Shown: positions 28,125 through 40,439, counted from the whole stretch's first letter. The stretch: DNA of 63,874 bases, filler included, from Octopus bimaculoides (GCF_001194135.2; 5 parts of 3 records of this genome joined end to end with filler, not necessarily neighbours in it), one strand, 5' to 3'. The notes: generated from the sequence alone by a model not told the origin. Made by a program: numbers and translations.

Positions 28125-28212
28125 TGCAGTACGCATGTTTCATGCCACTCCATTAATTTAAGTAATGCGAGCATTACATTAAATGCAAAATGCAGTGCAA
28201 TCCTCAGCTGTG
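28125..28212 (-). ncRNA. Type I hammerhead ribozyme, canonical core
   Basis: Minus strand: cag-CTGAGGA-[long stem II with gtaatgc-tc-gcattac hairpin]-GAAA-C-ATGC-G-TA|ctgca; stem I is only ~3 bp in this copy. Confidence 0.75.
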
Positions 28213-28443
28213 TAAGGATGCAGAAAATTTACTTAAAATTTCATTTCAGCAGAATGGACATGTTACTGCTGTGACAACATTTAAATCATCTTGACAGCCA
28301 AAGCTAGCAGGCTAGCTTTGGCTATGTCAAGATGTTTTTTTTTTTGTATTCTTCTTTCCCACTTAGATTGTTTAAATGTTGTCACAACAGTAATATGTCC
28401 ATTCTGCTGAAATGAATTTTAAAGTAAATTTTCTGTATCCTTG

Positions 28444-28531
28444 TGCAGCTGAAGATTGCTCTGCATTTGACATTTCATGTAATGCTCGCATTACTTAAAT
28501 AACTGGAGTGGTATGAAACATGCGTACTGCA
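28444..28531 (+). ncRNA. Type I hammerhead ribozyme, canonical core, predicted GUA cleavage after 28526
   Basis: tgcag-CTGAAGA(28449-28455)-ttgct...gtaatgctcgcattac...ggtat-GAAA(28515-28518)-C-ATGC-G-TA|ctgca; 5-bp stem I tgcag/ctgca. Confidence 0.85.
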
Positions 28532-28714
28532 ATTACCTTGAAAATCTGTGTTGCTTTTTTTTCATTTTTAATCACCTTGTTTTTGGAATTGTTTGTATAA
28601 TAGCATACTATATTCTGGTGCCTAAACTTAAGCGCCATATTCAATTTTGAATCTAAATTATATATATATACTTTATTATTAAAGCTGCAAAACACATTAC
28701 AAAAAATCACAAAC

Positions 28715-28980
28715 ATCTGCTACTCAGAGTTTCACGTTCCCATTCCTCGGACGATTTGGATTGAGAGTGGAAAAAAATAAGGTTGTGTATATAAACATAC
28801 AATTTATATTAGCAAATACACATTTGAAATTGGTTTCGTTTCATTGCTCCTTTCAACTAACGGTTTTTCTTTTCTAAGAAAATGTGATGTACATAAAAAT
28901 TTTAAAAAGTCATTTAATGTAAAAACGAAGAAAATTTTGAATCAAAAAATAAGTTTAGGTAGAGCGAAAAACACATAAAT
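28715..28980 (-). mobile_element. Second-family PLE-type 3' tail ending in a degenerate minimal hammerhead (28715-28757)
   Basis: Minus strand: CCGAGGA-atgggaacgt-GAAA-CTCTGAG-TA|gcagat; upstream aaaaaccgttagttgaaaggagcaatgaaa is shared with 37250-37520. Confidence 0.65.
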
Positions 28981-29589
28981 ATCTATTATATTATGTTATA
29001 TTATATTATATTATATTATATTATATTATATTATATTATATTATATATATATATATANNNNNNNNNNNNNNNNNNNNNNNNNNNNNNNNNNNNNNNNNNN
29101 NNNNNNNNNNNNNNNNNNNNNNNNNNNNNNNNNNNNNNNNNNNNNNNNNNNNNNNNNNNNNNNNNNNNNNNNNNNNNNNNNNNNNNNNNNNNNNNNNNNN
29201 NNNNNNNNNNNNNNNNNNNNNNNNNNNNNNNNNNNNNNNNNNNNNNNNNNNNNNNNNNNNNNNNNNNNNNNNNNNNNNNNNNNNNNNNNNNNNNNNNNNN
29301 NNNNNNNNNNNNNNNNNNNNNNNNNNNNNNNNNNNNNNNNNNNNNNNNNNNNNNNNNNNNNNNNNNNNNNNNNNNNNNNNNNNNNNNNNNNNNNNNNNNN
29401 NNNNNNNNNNNNNNNNNNNNNNNNNNNNNNNNNNNNNNNNNNNNNNNNNNNNNNNNNNNNNNNNNNNNNNNNNNNNNNNNNNNNNNNNNNNNNNNNNNNN
29501 NNNNNNNNNNNNNNNNNNNNNNNNNNNNNNNNNNNNNNNNNNNNNNNNNNNNNNNNNNNNNNNNNNNNNNNNNNNNNNNNNNNNNNNNN

Positions 29590-29630
<41 letters not shown>

Positions 29631-29945
29631 TCACACATCTCTGTGCGTATGTTCTAAAAGCACAACGTTGTTGTTAAAAATCAGAATAAAATCAGAATAA
29701 AAAGTTGTCGGAAGAAGAAAAAAGAAAAGAAGACAGAGAAAGAAAATAGAAAGAGAGGGAGAAAAAGAGATTTGAACATAGCGTTCCTAATGTATCTAAG
29801 CATCCAAACTCTTATGTATAAAGTCAACCTTGTGAACGCACACATAAATACATACATATCTACATACAAACATACATGTATATACAATAGTAAAGCACAC
29901 ATGCATACATGCATACACATGTATAAATAAACATAAATGCCTATA

Positions 29946-30005
<60 letters not shown>

Positions 30006-30144
30006 ATTAGATTTAGATTCAAAATTGAATATGGTACTTATGTTTAGGCACCAGAATATAGTATGGTATGGTATTATACAAAAACCACTCCAAAAACGAG
30101 GTGATCAAAAAATCAAAATAAGCAACACGGATTTTAAAGATGAT

Positions 30145-30232
30145 TGCAGTACGCACGTTTCATGCTACTCCATTAATTTGAGTAATGCGAGCATTACATT
30201 AAATGCAATATGTAGAACAATCTTCAGCTGCT
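30145..30232 (-). ncRNA. Type I hammerhead ribozyme, canonical core, in the 3' pseudo-LTR of the PLE
   Basis: Minus strand: gcag-CTGAAGA-ttgttct...gtaatgctcgcattac...gtagcat-GAAA-C-GTGC-G-TA|ctgc. Confidence 0.82.
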
Positions 30233-32945
30233 CGAAAATGCAGAAAATTACAGTAGAATAGACATATTATAATAGTGGCAACATTTCAAATCCAAGTGGG
30301 AAGAAGAATACATAAAAATCCATCTTGACATAACCAAGGCTATCAGGCTAGTAATTGGTTCTAGGCAGAAATTCTAACTGTCTCTGATTTTATTGTCTCT
30401 TATCTAGTAGTTATAGTATAAGGGACAATCAACTTCTAATGAAAGGGAAGGTGTAAGCATTATGTATGGACATGGCCATAAAGGATAAGGTTATAAAGAT
30501 TTTTCTGGTCAGAGTGGCAACACTATTATAGGTTGGGTTTTTTTACTACTATCAAAATGTTGAGGAATTAAACCCTAAGCATCTAGGTCAAACAGGGCTT
30601 TTTCTTTAGTCTGAATAGAGCATCAGTCTTGTTTTACAGATATCAATATTAGTTTAAACAATATTTTAATAATAAGAAGTATGTTAATAATAATAAAATA
30701 TAATGTAATTAGTTTCTACAAAAATCATGAAGTAATGTCAGCATTGAATTCAGAGGCTATAGATAAGGTGTAAAGTCTAAGGATATTATGTATATTGGGC
30801 TTAGGAAGACTATTTTGAATTATTTTAAAAATGGTTTTAAAATTTAAGCTGATATATATAATAATACTATTTTGAAGACACATAAAATGCAAGCTTTATT
30901 TTTATAATGTGAAGAAGAATTAGAATAGGATTTATATAGTTTATAATAATGGGTTTACTAAGGTTAAATGGACAAGAAAAGAAAAAAGGATATCAGGAAT
31001 TAACAAGGACATCCAATACAGACACATGATAATTGATTAATAGTTTCATTAGTCATGACTTTGTTTTAAGACTAACATGGGCTAATTAAAGAATATTAAT
31101 TGAATAGGGATTAGATTTATTTTGGGCATAAGGATTAGATTTATTTCAGTTAAAAATAGAAGATAGACAAGACACTATCGTTGCAAGCCCTGAAATAATG
31201 TAATAATAATAATGATCCTTTTAAAGTCAAGCATAAAATAAAATAAATAAAACTTAAATTAGGGGAACTAATTAAAAATCATTTAGAACTCATGAAAATG
31301 TCCTATTCTTATAAGCTATATACGATATATATTAAGAATTAACAGCATTAGCAGAAGTGGTGTGAAAAAATATATTCTATGGAGTAAAGTTGAAATCTTA
31401 TTTAACACAAGTAGATTATATGTTAAGGTGAGAGATCAGGAATATATGTTATAAAGGTTAAAATTCCAATTTAAAATATGTGCTAATTAATAGCCCTAGA
31501 TAACCATGGTAGAAGTTAAAATACTATATTTTGATAATTTTAACTACTTTTTAAACTACTTTTTTAAAAACTTTAAAAGTGCGAGTAGAGCAGTGTACAC
31601 ACGATACCCTGAGGTCTAATCTATTATTGATTAGGTTAGGATTATTTCTAAGTTTAAAAATTTCATATATTTCCATAGAACATAATTCACATCCATATCT
31701 ATTATTTCTATAAGGTTGAGCTTTTCTTATAATTTCCCATTTAAGACTAAAACTAATACCATTATCTTTTAACTCCCAAATTTTATTTGCTGTCGTACTA
31801 TTTGCCTTATGTTTTAGTCTAAAAGAAGACCTATGGCTATATATTCTCTGTTTCAGATTAATACTACATCATATGTAAATATAATTCTCGGTTATTGTAC
31901 TAATAATGCATTTGTACACTACGTTACGGGTGCAACAATTTCCTAATAAGGGATAATGGGACTTATTTCTGCAGCTGCACCTAGTGGTGCTATCAAACCC
32001 ACCTATATTATTTCTAATATCTCTATTATTATTATTACAATTATTTACACTAATGTTATTTATCAATTCCTCAATTATTTCCATCATTATTTAATTCGTT
32101 TCCTGATGTGCTATCAGTTAGAATTATTCCTCCAACATTATGCATATTGATATTATATGAACTAGGTCCCTGATTTCCATTATTTTCATTGGATTTGGGC
32201 CCCTCATCTACTTCAATTAAACTCTCAACATCAATACTGCTGCATTCTATTTGTTGGTTAAAATTATGGTTGGCGGGACTAAGCATATTATTATTATCCT
32301 CATAATTTCCATTGTCACTGTTATTTCTACTTCTATTTATATAATTATTAGCAATATTACTATTGTCATTTGTTAAATTATTATTTGTATTCATATAAGC
32401 ATATCCACTATTCTTAACTTCATTGATTCTAGCTAACCTAATGTTCTTTTTGTTTAACCTAACTATGATTGTACCTACATTAGGAAGGGTAGAGTAAGAA
32501 ATTCGGACTGTATGACAAGAAAAAAATTCTACTATATCTGTGGGAAGAAGGGAAATTTTTTTGTAAAATATTCATAAATTTTTTGTAAATATTCGTGGAT
32601 ATTGCACAGTTGAAAAGGATATTTAACCAGATAGAGTTTTTATTTTTTCTCTTAAATTTATTGTGTGGGTGAGTATGGAGTATACTTTGATTACTATTAC
32701 TTCCCAGAACAATATTATTATTATGATTGGTAGTTCTTTTTGTTGTGGGATACTTTTTTATTTATATCATTAGTTTCACCATTACTGTCTACTAACACTG
32801 GTTAATTACTAGTGTTAGCATGTAGTCTATTATTAAAATGTACTTTATTTTTCTTATTAGTTAAATTTTTAGGCATATAGGGTTGCTTTTTAATTGGTCC
32901 ATTATTATTACTACTTAAGTTATTAGGCTTGTTATAACATCTATG

Positions 32946-33012
<67 letters not shown>

Positions 33013-33447
33013 GTATTAGTATTATCTGCATCAAGAAGAGATGTCCTACCAAGACTATGGAAAGAAATTTTCTGGTCATATCCAGCTTTAGACAAAGCCA
33101 CATTATAGTAGTTTGAATTAGAATTAAATATATCAATGCTAGAAGATANNNNNNNNNNAGCCACATTATAGTAGTTTGAATTAGAATTAAATATATCAAT
33201 GCTAGAAGATAATCTAGTAATTCTCTCAGAAATATTTTTAACTATAGAATTTAATACATTTGGCGGATGATTGGATAATCGACTTACATATCTAGAGGCA
33301 GTTAGAATTTCTGTCTAGAACCAATTACTAACCTGATAGCCTTGGCTATGTCAGAGATGGACTTTTATGTATTCTTCTTCCCACTTGGATTTGAAATGTT
33401 GCTACTATTATAATATGTCTATTCTACTGTAATTTTCTGCATTTTCG

Positions 33448-33535
33448 TGCAGCTAAAGATTGCTCTACATATTGCATTTAATGTAATGATCGAATTACTT
33501 AAATAAAAGGAGTAGCATAAAACGTGCGTACTGCA
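33448..33535 (+). ncRNA. Hammerhead copy with two core mutations (probably inactive)
   Basis: tgcag-CTAAAGA ... AAAA-C-GTGC-G-TA-ctgca: G5 and G12 are both replaced by A. Confidence 0.7.
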
Positions 33536-33566
33536 ATCATCTTTAAAATCCGCGTTGCTTATTTTG

Positions 33567-33600
<34 letters not shown>

Positions 33601-34526
33601 ATACGTATATACGCCATAACTTATATACGCATACGAATATATTCGAAAACTTTTCGTCTTATATATTGAATATTAAAAATAGCGTACCCTCAGAGATGTA
33701 GATTAAATGAAAGTAATTATAACATTAAACAAGAGCCCTCAGAGAGCGCAAACATCCGCCAACGCAACACCTACGTCATCACAATAATTAACCTGAGATT
33801 ATTATTAAGATGAGAATATCTGAACTAAAATGGACTGCTCTAACAAACGGGAATACTAAAAATGAACCCGATCGCTCTGAAACGGAAAAATAATCCATAT
33901 ACCTTGTCCGGTACCTGATCGACCCTAACGGCAGTCTTGAAATGTGCAAGTAGGTGTGCAGGCCGTGTTTGTAATGTTGTGTGTGTGTGTGTCGTTTGGG
34001 TAGTGAAAATATTTGCATGACTTGAGTGGATAAGTCTTTGGAAGTCACTACGTAAAAGTTTTGGAAACACTGGTTGAAATGCCACAGGATCTTTGGTTGA
34101 GAAACGTAATTGAACATAAAAATTGTAAGTGTAAAGAAATGCATATTGTATCGTGGTCTTAAATTCCGGTCTTCCTTTAGTAATCTTTATGTTTTAGATC
34201 GATGTATAGAATTATGCATATATGTAAGCATAATCTATAATATGATAATTAGCATTGTCTTTTCATACATTTGTTTATAGAATCTACATTTCGACTGTTC
34301 TCACACAAGCTTTCCTACATGCTTTACCTTCCGTTGATGTTTTATTATTTATATATATATGTTCATATATATTTTTCATGCTTTCCTATTTCCTTTTTAA
34401 TTGAGTGTGTACGTGTGTATGTATATTTATATATATATATGTATATATACATATCATATGTATATGTTCGTGTGTGTATATATTAGTATAGGTATACGAA
34501 TGTATATGAGTGTAAGACTGTGTCTG

Positions 34527-34575
<49 letters not shown>

Positions 34576-34904
34576 GGGGGGGTGTATGCGGGAGTGTGGA
34601 TGTATGTCTCTCTCTCTCTATATATATATACCCTATATTTATGCGTATACATGTATAAATATATATGTATTATGTTATGTGTATGCATATAAGCGCCTAT
34701 GTTTTTATATACGAGTACGTACAAACATATATGTTTGTGTGTGTGTGTGTGTGTACATATTTGTGTGAGTTTATACGTGTGTAGACGTTGTAATCGCAAT
34801 AGGTTTTATGTCTATGCATTGGGAAAATATAGTTGCGTGTATTGTTTACAATTTTTCCACTTATTAGAGTTACTTCCCTGTTATTCAACGGTCTGTTGCT
34901 ATGA

Positions 34905-34963
34905 ACAGCTGACGAGAATGTATCATAGCTCTTTGCTCCGGCATTTCAAACTCCGAGTACTAT
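34905..34963 (+). ncRNA. Degenerate hammerhead-like motif
   Basis: ag-CTGACGA-gaatg...cattt-CAAA-CTCCGAG-TA|ct; G12 is replaced by C and stem I is weak. Confidence 0.4.
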
Positions 34964-35344
34964 AATGACAAACTTTTACTGTTTGATCTAAATTATACAC
35001 ATACATAAACAATCCTCTTTTTCTCTAATATCGAGGCCTCATTTTATGCTGTTACTTATTATTATTATTATATATATATAAGATAGAACCGGAGGGAGAG
35101 GTGAAGGTAGAGGAGATAAATGGTAAAGAGAACGTCGTATGAATGAGAAAGGAAGGGGTAATAAATGTATAACGAAGGAAGGGCCGAAACAGCCGATAAA
35201 CGGCGTTTGAAGTATGAGTATATGTGTGTGTGTAAAAGAGAGGTATGTTTACATGCGTGTGTATGTGTGAGTATATGTGGGGATGTGTGTGTGTGTGTAC
35301 AAGGGAACTATGTGAAACTTAACGTATTTATGTAAAGAAAATAT

Positions 35345-35533
35345 AACAAATAATCCAAAATCCTTGTCCGGTACCGGGTCGATCCCAAAATCTAATTATT
35401 TTGTGACAGCCATGAGGCCAAACATCTCTGAAAGCTTCATCCGAATTCATTCAACGTTTCTTGAGATATCTTGTTTACGGACAAACAAACACGATTGAAA
35501 CAATACCTCCGCCTTCACCAAAGCGGAGCTAAT
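35345..35533 (+). mobile_element. Non-autonomous repeat ending in a cctccgcc..gcgga hairpin (Helentron/HINE-like)
   Basis: The 3' end acaaacaaac...aatacctccgccttcaccaaagcggagctaat forms a GC hairpin; tccttgtccggtac..gatc.accc is shared with ~33900. The superfamily assignment is inferred. Confidence 0.5.
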
Positions 35534-36199
35534 ATTGTTTAATGTAATATAATTTAGTGTAATATACCTTTAATTATGGCCTTGGCGAAATTTAAATCAG
35601 AAAATATAGCAACTGGCGAAAGTCGCCAAATCTTTCACTCAGTACTATCGGTTTACCAGCAATGATAATAATAACGATAAATAAATACAATGAAAGTAAT
35701 TCAGTAAATAATAAAAAACATAATTTGTAATTAAAAGAAAAAAAAATAAAAGAAATCCATTCTGGTATTCGATATCTTTAAAACACATCTTGACGATTGC
35801 GGATTCACAAAATGTTTACAACACATTTTGGGTGATTGTAAATGAACTTTTAAATATGTGCATTAAATCACATTCGTGAGGCATATTGTGGGCAAGATTG
35901 CAGTGCAAAAATTACAAGACAAAACAAAACAAAACAATCATATGGTTCAAAAAGGTGCATGCAAAAGTAACAGCTACAACAAAACAATGAAAATAAAATT
36001 AAAATAATGTAAAAATAATTATAAAATGGAAATAAAATAAAATAAAATAGAAATAATAGTTTGTAAACAGTAGAAGGTTTTCTGGAAAGACGAAAAATGT
36101 AAAATGTAAAGGCGTAAAATGTACAATGAATGTAATATTAAATGATGTCTGTTTTCAGGTGAGAAAAAACAAGTTCAAATGAGAAAGATTATCCGTACT

Positions 36200-36890
36200 G
36201 TATTTTTTTACTCGACATTTTATACCTCGTAGCGTTTCTGCAGAAATTTAAAAGATCCCGTCTTTGGTTCTATGCGTATTTATCCTGCAACACGAAGAGC
36301 TTTTCAATCAGGCACAAATTGCACCTCATTGGGCGTCTATATGTTCCATGTTTATATGGTTCTGCTTTCTCCAAGATTCTCCAGGTGATTTTGAATATTG
36401 TTGGGAATATAAGCTAGTCTTAATATAATATAATCTAGTCTTAAAGGATTTCCCCGAAGCTCCTGTATATGTCTTGCATTATTGTAAGTCATCTACTTGT
36501 ACCTTAGCTCTCTAAGCAATTCCTTTCTCAAGACAATTTCCTCCTTATTAAAAATTCCATCGAACTTATGCATTTCTTGAATGTTATTAGAAACTAGTTT
36601 CAAGAATTCTTTAGCTATATTAGTTTTTACAGCAATGTTCAATGACAGATTAAACCACAAAACCTTCCTAGTCCTAGTTCTAGTTCTATGTCTTCTATTA
36701 CTGTTAGTATTGCTTTGACTATACTGGATTTTCTCCGAGAATCTACTGTTCCACAATGCATTATTGGAATACGGTTTGGCATTCTCATTTGAAGATATGG
36801 ATGATATGCACTTTCCTATATTACTAACTAAATTCTTAAGTATTACGGGTGGATGATTAAACTCCTTGTTAATATAGTGTTTCATTAGGT
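36200..36890 (-). mobile_element. Penelope-like element fragment (RT thumb to GIY-YIG), decayed
   Basis: YINKEFNHPPVILKNLVSNIGKCISSISSNE...KVLWFNLS...VKTNIAKEFLKLV; KTYTGASGKSFKTRLY; KAEPYKHG...RCNLCLIEKLFVL. Confidence 0.85.
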
Positions 36891-37028
36891 ATACGGCAGG
36901 GTTTACATTTACCTAATTGCAAATCTAAATAAATATCTAAATATTCTACATTATTTAGCTTAGTATCTATCCTTATACGTAAGCTCATTCTTGTACTTTA
37001 AGAACATACGCACGGAGACTTATGATGG

Positions 37029-37075
<47 letters not shown>

Positions 37076-37476
37076 TGAGTGTGTGTGTGTGTGTGAGTGT
37101 GTGTGTGCGAATGAGTGCGCGTGTGTATAAATGACTGTTATTTGTATGTGAATAACGTGTGTTTATATTCTTGATACTGTTAGATTTCCGTAAGTAAATA
37201 TTGTAATAAACAGTCTTAGGTTTATTTTAATTAAATTTATTTTACCATTCATTATTTACTCTGAGTATATATGTCTTCCCTTCTAACTAAAGTTAGTTTT
37301 TGATTTAAGGTTTTCGATTTTATATTATATGATTTTTAAACCTTTTATGTACACCACCGTTTCTTACAAAAACCGTTAGCTGAAAGGACCAATGAAATTA
37401 AACCAATTTCAAATGAGTATCAATGTAAATTGTATATGTGTACATATTAACTTAATTTTGTTCCATTTACAATCAA

Positions 37477-37518
37477 AACTGTCAGACGAACATGGACGTG
37501 AAACTCTGAGTAGCAGTT
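37477..37518 (+). ncRNA. Minimal type I hammerhead-like motif, U4 substituted
   Basis: aactgt-CAGACGA-acatggacgt-GAAA-CTCTGAG-TA|gcagtt; 6-bp stem I aactgt/gcagtt. Confidence 0.6.
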
Positions 37519-37581
37519 TTTTGTGATGTTTTTTACACTATCTCTGGCATTCGAGTACGACTTTTTACTCTTTCGATGGTA

Positions 37582-37632
<51 letters not shown>

Positions 37633-37731
37633 CATATAAACATACATACATACATATATATATGATAAATCGTTGACCAAACACCATTCAATTTTTTTTC
37701 TCCGTGTTTTTCTCCTTGTTTTCTCCGTATT

Positions 37732-37766
37732 CTTTCTGTTGAAGAGCGTAGCTCGAAACGTTAAAG
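37732..37766 (+). ncRNA. Minimal hammerhead-like motif, CUGUUGA core
   Basis: cttt-CTGTTGA-A-GAGC gta GCTC-GAAA-CGTT-aaag. Confidence 0.6.
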
Positions 37767-38918
37767 ACTTTCTGTATTCCCGAGCGTCAAAATAATACAT
37801 CCTTTTGTTGTTTACACCACCTGTCCTCGTCTGTTGTTTTTTTTTGTACATTCTCCCATATATATATATATATATATATATACATACAAACATACATACA
37901 TACATATATATATATATATAAATGCATACACACACACATCCATGTATTCATGCATAACATGCATACATGTATACATACATGACATACATAACATGTATTC
38001 ATATGTATTTACATGTATACACATGTGTGTGTATTTCCTAAAACACAAGAGAGAAACAACATCACATATACTGTAATTTTTTTTATGAGAAGTTAGAAAA
38101 GCGTCAGAAGGTCTGAGTATTTGGTTTACTGCAATTATCGAATTGTCTTCAATCTGATTCCAAGTTCTATTGTAGAGAGACAATACTAAATCTGTATGAG
38201 TGCTAAATTAAAAAAAACTGATAATGGAGTGTCACGTGAGGTTTGCCTATCATTTCCCTGACAGTTAAGCAAAGTCTAGACTTGAGAGGAGACAAAACAC
38301 AGTTCAAGGAAACATGATATACATTAACCCAGAATTGCCTCTATATTCACAAAACTGACAACGAATGACCACCTTTTAATTTCTAACACTCCGTCTCTCC
38401 CATTCCTTTCCCAACTCTTTAACTCTACTCCTACCTCTCTCACTACCCTGATTGGTAACTCCTCTCCATCTTCCTCAACAGACTACCATGTCTTCTTTCA
38501 ACGTTCTCTGCCACAACAATCCTCACATCACCGATCCTCCTTCGTGCATCCTCCAATATAGTTTGCACTCTACATTTAACCATTTCACCTTTAAACGTCT
38601 CGCATCCTGATTTGAAATATAAGATTATTTTCTAGATTGATAATGGACGCTCGATTTATCCAGTGTTAATTTCATATTTTGATGGACTACATCTGCTTAC
38701 ATTATGGTGGATCTAGTGGATCTCCTAGTCCACAGAAACTGTTCTTGCACTTATAACACCGTACCGCCTCCCGCTTAACTTTCTCTGTCGTTTATAGTAT
38801 GTGTATCCTTGATCTATTAATATATAAATATCTTTATATTTATACTTGAAACTTCATCGTCGGAAAATCTTCAATTTTTGCTTTGTTTCTGTTTACATGT
38901 ATACATACATACATATGC

Positions 38919-38994
<76 letters not shown>

Positions 38995-39001
38995 GTATAT
39001 A

Positions 39002-39069
<68 letters not shown>

Positions 39070-39962
39070 ATGAGCGACAGTGGTGTCAATTAGACCCAGA
39101 GATTTCAGGTAATGGTGGGTATGTGCTATGGATAGACCACGTGTTTGCATGTGCATGCGTGTATGTGCATACGTATGTGTATATGTATGTGTGAATGTAT
39201 GTATATACCTACATCTACATGTATATATAGATGCATATCTGGGTACAGGACGTTACGAAAAAACGTGGACAAAATGAGAAACAACAGGTCTGATACGTAC
39301 ATACCTACACATGTCTTTATTTCTACAACAATACTGCTGACCTGTCCAACCATCCTAATTCGTTTCTCTACCCCATATTCTAGACTCCACCACCACAATT
39401 GACATTCCTTAATGCTTTATATATCTCTGTCCATAACCCCCCACCCAATCCTTCTATGTTTCTGCACTCTAATATCTTTCTCTCTTCTTCACCTTCTCCT
39501 CCAATTTCTACGCGCTTATTGTATTCACTGACCATTCTGGTTCACTTATTCCTTTTATTATTTTCTTCCTTCTTAATCTCATACTTCACCCCCGCCTTCC
39601 GTTTTTCCTCTTCTTTATTCCTCGCGCCCTGTTTTCAAATTGACCCTATTGAGATATTCCCTGCTTTTAGGTCACTTTGAACAGAACCCTTGATGCAATA
39701 ACTCTGTGTATAAATTCTGTATTTGGAATGACCAATTTCAAAGAGAGTTAGACTTTACTCATAGGGTATTGGAATCTTAATAATGGATTTACAAAGCCAA
39801 CGACCAATCTTAAAAACAATTGGATTTTGCTCACAAGGAATTGAAATCTTGTATGTATACCATTCTGCCTAAACAATGGATTTATAAATACAATATCCCA
39901 ACATTCACTCTCTATTCCTTATCTTAACTAAACTAACTATTGTTTATTCATCCTCTCAAACC

Positions 39963-40013
39963 GTCTCCGATGACGGGTTATATATTAACTATCCTGGAAA
40001 ACAGCTGTAAGAC
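39963..40013 (+). ncRNA. Type I hammerhead-like motif with palindromic stem III (ACAGCTGT), CCGAUGA core
   Basis: gtct-CCGATGA-cgggttatatattaactatcctg-GAAA-acagctGTA|agac; stem I gtct/agac. Confidence 0.6.
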
Positions 40014-40439
40014 ATTCGATTTATAAATGTTCTATATTATACACACACTAGCTCTTTTTATCTCATTNNNNNNNNNNNNNNNNNNNNNNNNNNNNNNNNN
40101 NNNNNNNNNNNNNNNNNNNNNNNNNNNNNNNNNNNNNNNNNNNNNNNNNNNNNNNNNNNNNNNNNNNNNNNNNNNNNNNNNNNNNNNNNNNNNNNNNNNN
40201 NNNNNNNNNNNNNNNNNNNATATATATATATATATATAAATATATATACACATATATATATATATGTATGTGTGTGTTTGTGTGTCTGTGTTTGTACCCC
40301 CAACATCGCTTGACAACCGATGCTGGTGTGTTTCCGTCCCGGTAACATAGCGGTTTGGCAAATGAAACCGATAGAATAAGTGCTAGGCTCACATAGAATA
40401 AGTCATGGGGTCAATTAGCTCGACTAAAGGTGGTGCTCC

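Larger units (their letters stand above)
28097..28558. repeat. ~460-bp head-to-head palindrome of two PLE pseudo-LTR units, centre gctagc-ag-gctagc (28303-28316)
   Basis: The arms are reverse complements; the left arm lacks ~35 bp present in the right arm and in the 30.0 and 33.3 kb copies. Confidence 0.92.
30012..33570 (-). mobile_element. 5'-truncated Penelope-like element flanked by inverted pseudo-LTRs (30012-30375 and 33293-33570)
   Basis: Minus translation: YVSRLSNHPPNVLNSIVKNISERITRLSSSIDIFNSNSNYYNVALSKAGYDQKISF; NSIWLNIL...HTVRISYSTLPNVGTII; CSCRNKSHYPLLGNCCTRNVVYKC; LKWEIIRKAQPYRNNRYGCELCSME (PLE RT thumb, linker and GIY-YIG). The flanking arms are inverted copies of the 28.3 kb unit. 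Confidence 0.88.

Noticed and set aside
33099-33209. ~50-bp direct repeat (ccacattatagtagtttgaattag...ctagaagata) flanking an 11-N gap
   Set aside because: Most likely an unmerged contig overlap.
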